Shown: one piece after another, positions 1 through 9,627 of the stretch
How the letters are laid out: the number at the start of each line of letters is the position of its first letter
Position numbering within the stretch: position 1 is the first letter of the stretch
NCBI RefSeq assembly: GCF_006345805.1
Contig: NW_021831930.1
Span: forward strand, 1-33,923
From: Octopus sinensis
Taxonomy: Eukaryota
Reading direction: 5' to 3'
Length of the DNA: 33,923 bases
The notes under the pieces: model-generated
Told to the model about the DNA's origin: nothing
Seen by the model: only the letters and a program-made list of their open reading frames with translations
The model's database searches: none
Made by a program: the position numbers and the translations under genes

Positions 1-1142
1 ACAAACACGCAGCAATCTCCCTAGAAAACAATCGAAAAATAAGGGCCACAGCCATTATTTACAATGGGTTGTGTTATGAGTATAGGGTTTTCACACCCGT
101 TATGGACGGACCCAACGCTTTTTCTTCTCACCTTTCTATCAAGGTAATATGTCGGTGTGTCGGCTGTAGGGTTGGCACACACACACACACACACACCAGA
201 CACACACAGACACAACACCACACACACACACACAACCACCCCCACACAAATTTCACAAATCACATACACGAACAGTAACACAAATTTTTACGTATTTGCG
301 CATTTATACTAGTCTATGTATATGGTGTATGTATGTATTATTTTATATGTATAATTTAATTTATATATATATATATACTATATATATATATATATATGTG
401 TGTGTGTGGTGTGTGTGTGTGTGTGTGAGTATTGTAATATATATATAGTATTTATATAAACATATATATGTATTATATAATTTAATATGTGTATATAACA
501 TATATATTATATATATATATATATATATAATATATATGTTTAATATATGTTTATATAATATCATATATATATAATATAATATATTATGTATATATATATA
601 TATTTATATAATATGATATATATATATATATATATATAGATATTATATATATTATGCATACGTATATAGGAAAAGTGTGTGCTTATAAAAGTGTGCATAT
701 ACGTGAGTTTGCATTTTTCGTGCGAGGAGCGATGTTAAGAGTGATGTAGTAGGAGTCCGCAGCCGTTGTTTGTAAGTTGTATGAGGGGTGAGGGCAAGGC
801 AAAGGGTGTGGGTGGGTGCGGAATCGATAAACGATATTGATAAATATTTTACTTGAAATCGTGAGTAAACTGTGAGGTTAAATATTTATTATAAATGGGA
901 TAGGAGATGAGTGTGAAGAGAGCGAGAGAAGGGGAAAGAGAGAGAGAGAGAGGGGGGAGTGCGTAAGGCAATCATGGATAATAGGGAAGAGAGAAGGGGA
1001 TATGTGAGAGTGGGCAGAGAGACAGGACTGGGAGATTCGGTGGTGAAGAATGTAGGGGGTTATAAGGAAGAAGAGGAGAGGATTTGGTGGAAGAGCTCTC
1101 TCTCTCTCTCTCTCTCACTCTCTCTCTTTCTTTTTTTCCCTT

Positions 1143-1227
1143 TATATATATATAGTTGTGTGAGTGTATATCTTGATATAAATATATATCTCTATATATA
1201 CATGCATATATATATATATACGCACAC

Positions 1228-1274
<47 letters not shown>

Positions 1275-1570
1275 CATGTATACATATATATGTGTTTGTA
1301 CATATATCTATGTGTGTATATATATACAGTGTGGTGTATATATATATGTATATATATATACATGTATGTATATGTATATATATTATATATATATATATAT
1401 ATATATTATGCATATATATAGTATATATGCATATATATATATATATATGCATATATATATATGCATATATATATATTATATATATGTATGGGCATATATA
1501 TATGTATGTATGCATATATATATATATGTATGTATGTATATAGATATGTGTATATTATATATATATAATA
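1143..1570. repeat. Compound (TA)n/(TG)n microsatellite (similar tracts at 361-660, 4260-4422, 4655-4940, 14690-14945, 23375-23990, 29380-29580, 30720-30960)
   Basis: Dinucleotide tracts read directly. They are the source of the YIYI, CVCV and THTH ORFs. Confidence 0.95.
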
Positions 1571-2083
1571 CAGAGAAAGACATAGGAGCAGAAAGGAAGA
1601 GGTGGGGGTGGGAAAAGACGGAGAAAAAGCAAACTTAGTTGTTAATTGTCATCGATAAACAGAATAACTTATTCAGTCGTCACATCCACTCACAACCCCC
1701 CCCCCTTCACCTGACATCAGCATCACCACCACCACCACCACCACCATTTCTATTATTATTAGGATTAGTTATACTACAGCTTCTAACATTCGCTAACCGT
1801 GACCAACACCACTACAACCATCGGGGCAATCTCTGAGATAAACGACAACAGCGCCGCATGGTGCCACTGAAGAGGACAATGGTGTTAACACCTGCGATGA
1901 TGATGACGATGATGATGATGATGATGATGATGATGACGATGATGATGATAATGGTGGTGGTGCTGGTGGTGGAGATAATGATGATAACGATGATGATGAT
2001 GCTGAAGAGGAGATGGAGGAGAAGAAGGAAGAAGATATATATAACAAAGACGATATAGATAATATTAACAATATATTCTACTA

Positions 2084-2116
<33 letters not shown>

Positions 2117-2468
2117 TACTAACTACTACTAGAGAGCGAGAGAGGGGGGTTGATGGATGAGGGGGAGGGAGAGATGATCATTTAATAGGATCGATATCTA
2201 AGACAGATAAAATAGTTTATCAGACTTAAGTTTCCAGATGAATGTGTCGGATTTAATCATCCACACCGCGACCACCACCACGGCCACCGTCCCATCAAAC
2301 GCCCCCCACCCCCCACCTCCACCACCGCTATCACGATAATCATCGATATCATCCTCATCATCTTATCTTCATCACCATCTTCGTTGTTATCATGATTATC
2401 ATCATCACCATCAACATCATTACCATCGTCTTAATCACAATTATGATCTGATCGCAATTTTCATGATG

Positions 2469-2503
<35 letters not shown>

Positions 2504-2786
2504 CGGCATCACCATCATTGTCACCATCATCATCGTCATCGTCGCCACCGACGCCATATTGTTATTATTCTAATGGCTATAATTAACAGGACCATTTTTG
2601 TGATTGTTGGTGCGGCTGATGTTAATGTTATTGTCTCTGAAGATGTGTTGGTCTCAGAAAACACACGAGCACACGTGTCTATTAACCACCATCAATACCA
2701 GCAACGCAAACAAGAACAACAACACTGTAATAATAGCCACGACCCACCAAGACGAAGATTACAAAAAAGCGTCTTAATTAAAACTG

Positions 2787-3030
2787 GATGGCTCTCCGTG
2801 GCCTAGTGGTTAAGGTGTTGCTGTCCCGACCTCGAGAGCGTGGTTTCAGTTTCTGGGCTGGTTGGTGCATTGTGAATTTGAGTAAAACATTTCATTTCTC
2901 GTTATCCTGCGACCACGTTGAACCCTGGGGTGTGGTACGGCCTGCAACTGTAAAGGAATCGTCGAGTGAGAGCTAATGTGCACGGCAAAATTTGAACATT
3001 CATACATCGCCTTCAACGACTGAAAATCAT
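2787..3030 (+). mobile_element. tRNA-derived SINE, family B (diverged 5' module)
   Basis: A-box TGGCCTAGTGG 2799-2809 and a degenerate B-box. Body resembles the copies at 6950 and 29584 (cattgtg..tgag.aaaacatttcattt). Confidence 0.6.
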
Positions 3031-3111
3031 TATATATATATATCAATATATATATATGTATGTATGTATGTATGCATGCATGCATGTATGTATGTATGCA
3101 TGTATGTATGC

Positions 3112-3145
<34 letters not shown>

Positions 3146-3154
3146 AGTGCATGT

Positions 3155-3360
3155 CTGTTTGTGTGTCTGTGTTTGTCCCCCACCATCGCTTTGACAACCG
3201 ATGTTGGTGTGTTTACGTTCCCGTAACTTAGCGGTTCGGCAAAGAGACCGATAGAATGAGTATTAGACTTACAAAGAATAAGTCCTGGGTTCGATTTGTT
3301 CGGCTAAAGGTTGTGCTCCAGCATGGCCGCAGTCAAATGACTGAAACAAGTAAAACAATA
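3155..3360 (+). mobile_element. SINE family A, 3' module only
   Basis: tgtgtttgtcccc...ttgacaaccgatg...agcggttcggcaaagagaccgataga...gctccagcatggccgcagtcaaatgactgaaacaagtaaa matches the 3' halves of the copies at 11159, 18286 and 22294. Confidence 0.85.
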
Positions 3361-4036
3361 ATAAAAGAAGTAAATATATATATATATACACACACACCAC
3401 ACATATGTAGATATGTCTTTTACTCACGTATACTCTATACCCACGCAATTTACACACACACACACACACACTCACACACATGCGCATATATATTTCTGTG
3501 TGTTGTGTGTGTAGAACTTAACTTCTGGAATCCAATCTTTTAATACCGGGTTTTACTTTTACATCCCTGCCTTTCATACAGACACAACACCCGACACCCT
3601 TATTGCCTGTATCTACCCTTCATCCTTCACCCTCGTCTCACAGTGCTGTCTACCCAGCACTTATATAGCGTGCCTTTTCACCTGCTACCCGACACATTCC
3701 CGTTAAAAGAGGGGGAGGGGAAGTAGGGTATCTCTCGCTGTCACTCTCTCTTTGTCACTTGCAATACGATATCAACTTACTGACGTTTGTACCCGTAGCC
3801 CCACCCTTGTATCCTCACAAACTTCTTCCTGTCTCTCTCCTTGCCTCAGGCTACCACCCACCACCCCATCCGTCGCCAGCATCACCTCCCATCACATGTG
3901 AGAGTTAATTGTTCATCTGTTAACAGGTAGAAACAGGTGTAACTCCACCCTTATTTCGTTTGGCGCACCACCGCCAACACTACCACAGTGCAACCACCAA
4001 CGCCACCGCCACCACCACCACCACCACCACCACTGC

Positions 4037-4068
<32 letters not shown>

Positions 4069-4326
4069 GCAACAGTAACAACGCCATTTGCCATTCCACT
4101 CAGCTCGGCTCTTGAATTCCTCTCTCTTCTCAAGGAAAGTAAATCATTCCACAGACCAGCTGGAGCTCACTCTTCTGTGTAGTGTGTGTGTGTGTGTGTG
4201 TGTTTCTGCGGCGCACGTTGCTGAAAAACAAAACATTCAACTGATTACACTTGCGTGACGCATGTGTTTACGCATGTGTATGTATGCGTTTCTGTGTATG
4301 TGTGTGTGTGTGTGTATATATATATG

Positions 4327-4368
<42 letters not shown>

Positions 4369-4371
4369 ACA

Positions 4372-4414
<43 letters not shown>

Positions 4415-4449
4415 TATATATACTTTATTTTAAGCAGCAGAAAATTCAA

Positions 4450-4498
4450 CAAAATCTGTTACTCTGGAGTTTCTCGTTGCCGTTCATCAGACAGTTTT
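4450..4498 (-). ncRNA. Second minimal hammerhead ribozyme motif, inverted copy
   Basis: Minus strand reads AAAACTGT-CTGATGA-ACGGCAACGA-GAAA-CTCCAGAG-TA-ACAGATTTTG. Same core; helix III loop is CA; predicted cleavage between 4460 and 4459. Confidence 0.72.
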
Positions 4499-4500
4499 CT

Positions 4501-4554
4501 AGCAAAAACTGTCTGATGAACGGCAACGAGAAACTCAGAGTAACAGATTTTGTT
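4501..4554 (+). ncRNA. Minimal type I hammerhead ribozyme motif (Penelope-like-element type)
   Basis: Helix I: CTGT 4509-4512 with ACAG 4543-4546, extended by AGCAAAA/TTTTGTT after one A.A mismatch. Core CTGATGA 4513-4519. Helix II A-CG-GCAA-CG-A. GAAA 4530-4533. Self-complementary helix III CTC-A-GAG. GUA cleavage triplet 4540-4542. The 10.1/11.1 pair is A.A, which is non-canonical. Confidence 0.75.
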
Positions 4555-4671
4555 GAATTTTCTGCTGCTTAAAATAAAGCATATTACTCTACCACTGGTA
4601 TTTGAGTACTCTTTTTTCCACCTTGTTTCACATTTATGTGTTTACTACTCCGGTATATATAATATATATAT

Positions 4672-4711
<40 letters not shown>

Positions 4712-4959
4712 ATATATATATATATATATATATTAATATATATATATATATAAATACATACATATATACATACGTACATATGTATATATGTGGTGGTGCT
4801 ATTAAGTTAGACATGGCCTGGGCCAATAATGGCCAAAACCTATCAAAGTATATATATATATACGTACATATATATATATACATATACTTGTGGGAGTATG
4901 TGTATACATACATATATATATATGTGTGTGTGTGTGTGTGTATTTGCACAAGTATATTC

Positions 4960-5174
4960 TTTTCTACTCTAGGCACAAGGTCCGAAATTTTTTGGGAGGT
5001 GGGGGCAGTCGATTAGATCAACCCCAGTACGCAACTGGTACTTAATTTATTGACTCCGAAAGGATAAAAGGCAAAGTAGACCTCGGTGGAATTTGAACTC
5101 AGGACATAAAGACAGACGAAATACCGCTAAGCATTTCGCCCAGCGTGCTAACCATTCTGCCAGCTCGCCGCCTT
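4960..5174 (-). mobile_element. tRNA-derived SINE, family C
   Basis: Reverse complement reads aaggcggcgagctggcagaatggttagcacgctgggcgaaatgcttagcggtatt...ctgagttcaaattcc...ccttgtgcc, the same family as 6217 and 9372. Confidence 0.85.
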
Positions 5175-5753
5175 TTGCACAAGTGTCTTGACGTGTGTGT
5201 ATGCATGTATATATATACATATATGTACATGTATGTGTTGCAGTAGCGGACTGTGTTAAAAATATTGGTTGCCAGGAGACTAAGGAGGCCCACCAGCAAT
5301 TCAAGGGGGCCCACCCGCAACTACAACGCTATCATTTAACTCCTTTTTGTTTTCGTTAAAAGTATTGTTTTCAAGTGTCTACAAACACAGCCAGGCTGAA
5401 ATAATTAATAAATTCTTCGAGGAATGAATAAAAAACTTCTCAAACTTGAGGGGATGGGCTCCTTAGATACTAACATGGGCCCCCTATATATGGATTCTAA
5501 TGGCGCAGGGCCCACTTTCCGTCGGGCAAGCTGAGTTATACCAAGCTTTCATTGTTAAAATTCAACCATAGGCGGCGCAATTTGTCCTTTATTCTACAAC
5601 ACACAAGATTGTTCTACTTGATTCACTGACTGTTTTACATGTCTTCCAATTATTTCTAAATTAATTAATCTAATGTTAATTATAATATGATAACTTCAGT
5701 CTCCACCCTTTTATATTTAACTGGTCTGGTGTTGGGGACGTACTTGTTAGCAG

Positions 5754-5970
5754 AAGGGCCGTGGAATGACTGAATCGGTTGAGCGTCGGACAAAATGCCC
5801 GGACCCATTCGTTCCAGCCCTTAATTTCTGGTTTCAAATACTGCCGAGTCTAACGTTCTCTTTCCTTCTACCGGGACCAATGCAATAAAGTACCAGCCAG
5901 CTACTTGGGTCTTTCGTATCGACCGTCTCCATCCGCTAAAAACTCAGACCTCCTGCCGAAATCAGAAACC
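5754..5970 (+). mobile_element. SINE family C, strongly diverged copy
   Basis: Collinear with the family C consensus (gaatcggttgagcgtcggacaaaatg...ttctggtttcaaatactgccgag...aaagtaccag...gccgaaatcagaaacc). Confidence 0.6.
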
Positions 5971-5993
5971 ATTATTGTTATTGTTGTTCACTG

Positions 5994-6162
5994 AAGGGCG
6001 ATTGGGCAGCAGAATCATTAAAACATCGCCATTTATCCCACCTCTATCCACTGAGCTCAAAATCCCAGTCAGGTCAGCTTTGGGGTTTCTTCCTCTCAGG
6101 TCGATAAAACAAGTATCTACCCCCTCCCCGATATTGCAGGCCTTGTGCTAAAATTTGAAATC
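5994..6162 (+). mobile_element. SINE family C, diverged and internally deleted copy
   Basis: gcagaatcatta...ctgagctcaaaatcc...ggtcgataaaacaagta...gcaggccttgtgctaaaatttgaaatc. Confidence 0.65.
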
Positions 6163-6216
6163 ATCATCATCGTCATCATCATCATCGTCGTCGTCGTCGT
6201 TGTTGTTGTTGTTGTC

Positions 6217-6432
6217 AAGGCGGCGAGTTGGTTGAAACGTTACCGCGCCGGGCAAAATGCTTAGCGGCATTTCGACGGTCTTTACGTTCTGAGTTCAAAT
6301 TCCGCTGAGGTCGGCTTTGTTTTTCATCCTTTCAGTGTCGATAAAATAAGTACCAGTTGACTACTGGGGTCGATGTTATAGACTTACCACCTTCCCCGAA
6401 ATTGCTAGCCTTGTGCCAAAAAAATTGAAATC
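6217..6432 (+). mobile_element. SINE family C
   Basis: aaggcggcgagttgg...aaaatgcttagcggcatttcg...ctgagttcaaattccgctgaggtc...gtcgataaaataagtaccag...gccttgtgccaaa. Confidence 0.85.
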
Positions 6433-6949
6433 ATCACCATCATCATCATCATATTATTATTACTGTCGTTGATGTTATTCGTTTTTACTAAGTTCCTCTA
6501 TAATATCGAAATACCCGTACCCAGCCGCTGTTAATATCCCTGTCAGCGTGTAACATATATCCGTTACTTTTCTTACTGAAAACAAAAAAAAACAACCGAA
6601 CAAACACCGTCCCTGAACTAAACTCCACCGCTAATTACTTTTAAATCTTCTGATATACGATCTAATTTCCCATCCTTCGCACACATTAGTTGGACACACC
6701 GTCATACAATTACGTTACTTCTAATTACAACCTCCCTTCCAATATTATTATAAACTTATTGGGACTAATTGGAAATTATATAGACATAAAATTATTTTCT
6801 TTCATCTTTCGTCTCAACACTTAAATCACTAATCCCTCTTGAAAGTTATACAATCGCAGAACTGTTAGACTTATTTATTTTTTATTTTACATGATGCTAC
6901 TTTACAAAATAGCTACCCAGGGTTCGTAACAGAGCTTTTTATTCTCTGT

Positions 6950-7200
6950 GAAGGTGCGTGGCCGGGTGTTTAGGGATGTTGCATTCACGATTGCAAAGTT
7001 GTGATTTCGATTCCCGGACCGAGTAGTGCGTCGTGTTCTTGGGCGAAACACTTCATTTCAGTTGCCACAGTCCACTCAACTGTATAAGAATAACCCTGCG
7101 GCGAATTGATGCCTCGTTCAAGGAGAATGTTGTGATCTCGGTCACTTATACGCCATGCAAGCCGAGGAACCGTCGCTGAGTCCTAAGACTGGAAACAGTT
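6950..7200 (+). mobile_element. tRNA-derived SINE, family B
   Basis: Head gaaggtgcgtggcc...tcacgattgc...atttcgattcccggaccgag and body gttcttgggcgaaacacttcatttca...cagtccactcaactg are shared with the copy at 29584. Confidence 0.7.
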
Positions 7201-7699
7201 ATGTCCAGGGGACTTACTTTTGCTTTTCTATCAATTTTCCTGCCCGTTCACACATTTTCTTTCATTCCAAAGTCTTTTAATTCAACGTCTGCTGATTCTT
7301 GACTGATGTGGAGTAAATAATCTTTAAGACTAAATAATCTTTAAGTGTGGTCACTGATCGTTGACACTTCTACGCATGGCACAAAAAGAGAGAATATGAA
7401 CAACCTTATATTTTTCTTACATACAACACTACTACATTACGTTCACAGCTTTATATCAAAGTAGTTTCGCATCAAAAACAATTAATTTCATAACAGATTT
7501 CGTGAGAATATGTGGCATGTTCATAATGCGAGGCTGGAGTTTAAAGTTACTGGAGCAGCAAAGTGGAGGGTCATATATTCCATCGCCGAACCGGCAGGAA
7601 AAACCTCTAGATGGCTTAGGATAAAAGGAAACCCTACTGTAAGCTAGGACTTTATCAACTCTGGCTGGGTCAAGGACGAGGGTTTGTGAACGTTCACCT

Positions 7700-7791
7700 T
7701 GGCGGGATTCGAACTCAGATCATATAGATTTGTGACAAATATCGCAAGCAATCTATCCCACGTCTAAACGATTCTGCCATTTCGCCGCCCT
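7700..7791 (-). mobile_element. SINE family C head fragment
   Basis: ggcgggattcgaactcaga...aacgattctgccatttcgccgccct is the reverse complement of the family C tRNA-like head. Confidence 0.65.
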
Positions 7792-7833
7792 ATGAAACAC
7801 ACACACACACACACAACACACACACACACACAC

Positions 7834-7887
7834 TTATGTATGCATGCCTCACTGTTATCTGTTTATCCCTACACAGACAGACATACA

Positions 7888-7922
<35 letters not shown>

Positions 7923-7966
7923 ATGTATGCATGCCTCACTGTTATCTGTTTATCCCTACACAGACA

Positions 7967-7970
<4 letters not shown>
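7834..7970. repeat. Identical 50-bp direct duplication bounded by (CA)n tracts
   Basis: ttatgtatgcatgcctcactgttatctgtttatccctacacagacagaca at 7834-7883 and 7921-7970. Confidence 0.95.
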
Positions 7971-8023
<53 letters not shown>

Positions 8024-8888
8024 GTATGTATATATTGCATTGAAGACAAATTTTTCATTCTCATTAAAAACCTGTATATGTACATATGTATGTGTGCGTG
8101 TGCATGTACAGAGACGTACAGAATGTTTCAAGGTAGATTTAGCTGATATTTCTAGCAGGTTGTGGCCATGTAACACAAAATTTTTGTTGTTTTTGTTTGT
8201 TATATTTGTTGTTGTTAAGAATTGCTGTTGTTCTGGTTGGTTGTTTTCGTTGCCAGCTCTTTGTCACGTGATGCATAAAAGTTGATTAAATTTATTAGAA
8301 TTTTTTGTGCTGTGTTATTTTTTGTTTGTTTGTAATTAATAATTAATATATAAATTAATTAATTAACACCAGTTACATTTGGTTAGGTTTAAGGTGACGT
8401 AGTTCTCCATGATGGCTGCAAGCTATTCTCGCCATCACCGCCTTTCTTTCCCAATTTACCGCCTCTGTTCAGTTGTTAATTACATAGTCATTTCCATTAG
8501 ACAATTATCTACAACGCTCTTTTGATTATTAGATTCCTATATTATTTCTAAAGTTTCTTTAATAGTCCATTAGTAAGTTTATTATTTTTAATAGTATTAC
8601 TATACTAGACCATTACCCGTCTTATAAAGAGTAACTTTGGAAGAATATTTTTGCCAGAATGGCAGATATCAGGACATATGACATATCATAATATAATATT
8701 TATAATTTAAATTTTAGCAAATGTTTTGGTGCTTATTTAAAAAGATGAAATGAATTCTAATTTTGAAAAGAAAATATTTTTTCCTCGAAATATAATTAAA
8801 TATAACAAATTTTTCATATGCATAATTCATCCTGCTGTTACTCTGTCATTAACGCCATCTCCTCTGTCTCTATGGCTCTCTCATTGTG

Positions 8889-8922
<34 letters not shown>

Positions 8923-9142
8923 CATGTAACCTTCTTTTGCTCATTGCCTGCCACCAAGTCTATTATGTGGATCCATCCTACATCCCTTGTATTAATTCTC
9001 TCTGCATCTCTCTTTTACTATCTCCTCATTCTGTCTCTATGTTGCTAAACGTGGCTAGAGAAAGCAAGCAAGCAACCAACCAACCATCGTTAATACAATC
9101 TATTATCGTTGTAGAGGTTACTATATTCCTATATTAGTTACA

Positions 9143-9347
9143 AATCTTGGCACAAGGCCAGAAGTTTCGGAGGAGGGGCAAATCGATTACTCGTACCCAG
9201 TTCCCAGCTGGTGCTTATTTTATCGACCACGAAAGGATTAAAAGCAAAGTTGACCTCGACGGCATCTGAACACAGAACGTAAAGACGGGCGAAATGCTGT
9301 TAAGAATTTTGTTCGGTGTACAAAAGATTCTGCCAGCTCGCTGCCTT
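9143..9347 (-). mobile_element. SINE family C (older copy)
   Basis: Reverse complement: aaggcagcgagctggcagaatc...ttacgttctgtgttcagatgccgtcgaggtcaactttg...gtcgataaaataagcaccag...ggccttgtgccaaga. Confidence 0.85.
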
Positions 9348-9351
9348 ACTA

Positions 9352-9627
9352 CAGGGTGCGGCAGAAACCTTAAACTTGGCAGAATCGTTAGCACGCCGGG
9401 CGAAATGCTTAGCGGTATTTTGTCTGCCGTTACATTCTGAGTTCAAATTCCGCCGAAGTCGACTTTGCCCTTCATCCTTTCGGGGTCGATAAATTAAGTA
9501 CCAGTTACGCACTGGGGTCAATGTAATCGACTTAATCCCTTTGTCTGTCCTTGTTTTTCCCCTCTATGTTTAGCCCCTTGTGGGTAATAAAGAAATAAGA
9601 AATAAGAAACCTTTTTGCCGCACCCTG
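9352..9627. mobile_element. Tc1/mariner-type terminal inverted repeats (TA-flanked) enclosing the SINE
   Basis: TA-CAGGGTGCGGCAGAAA (9352-9367) and TTTTTGCCGCACCCTG-TA (9612-9627): 15/16 complementary, with TA on both outer sides. Confidence 0.7.
9372..9604 (+). mobile_element. SINE family C, less diverged copy with a 9-bp target-site duplication
   Basis: tggcagaatcgttagcacgccgggcgaaatgcttagcgg...aataaagaaataagaaata tail. AGAAACCTT lies at both 9363-9371 and 9605-9613. Confidence 0.88.

Larger units (their letters stand above)
4423..4653 (+). mobile_element. Penelope-like element (PLE) remnant: inverted partial terminal repeat, direct repeat and tail, inserted in (TA)n
   Basis: Arm 4423-4498 is the reverse complement of 4505-4579 apart from one extra G. 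About 75 nt of unique tail (4580-4653) follow. (TA)n lies on both sides. Hammerheads in the repeats and inverted 5' repeats are known PLE traits. No RT or GIY-YIG coding sequence is present. Confidence 0.6.

Noticed and set aside
2633-2690. CTGAAGA...GAAA hammerhead-like spacing
   Set aside because: Helices I and II do not pair, and helix III is out of register.
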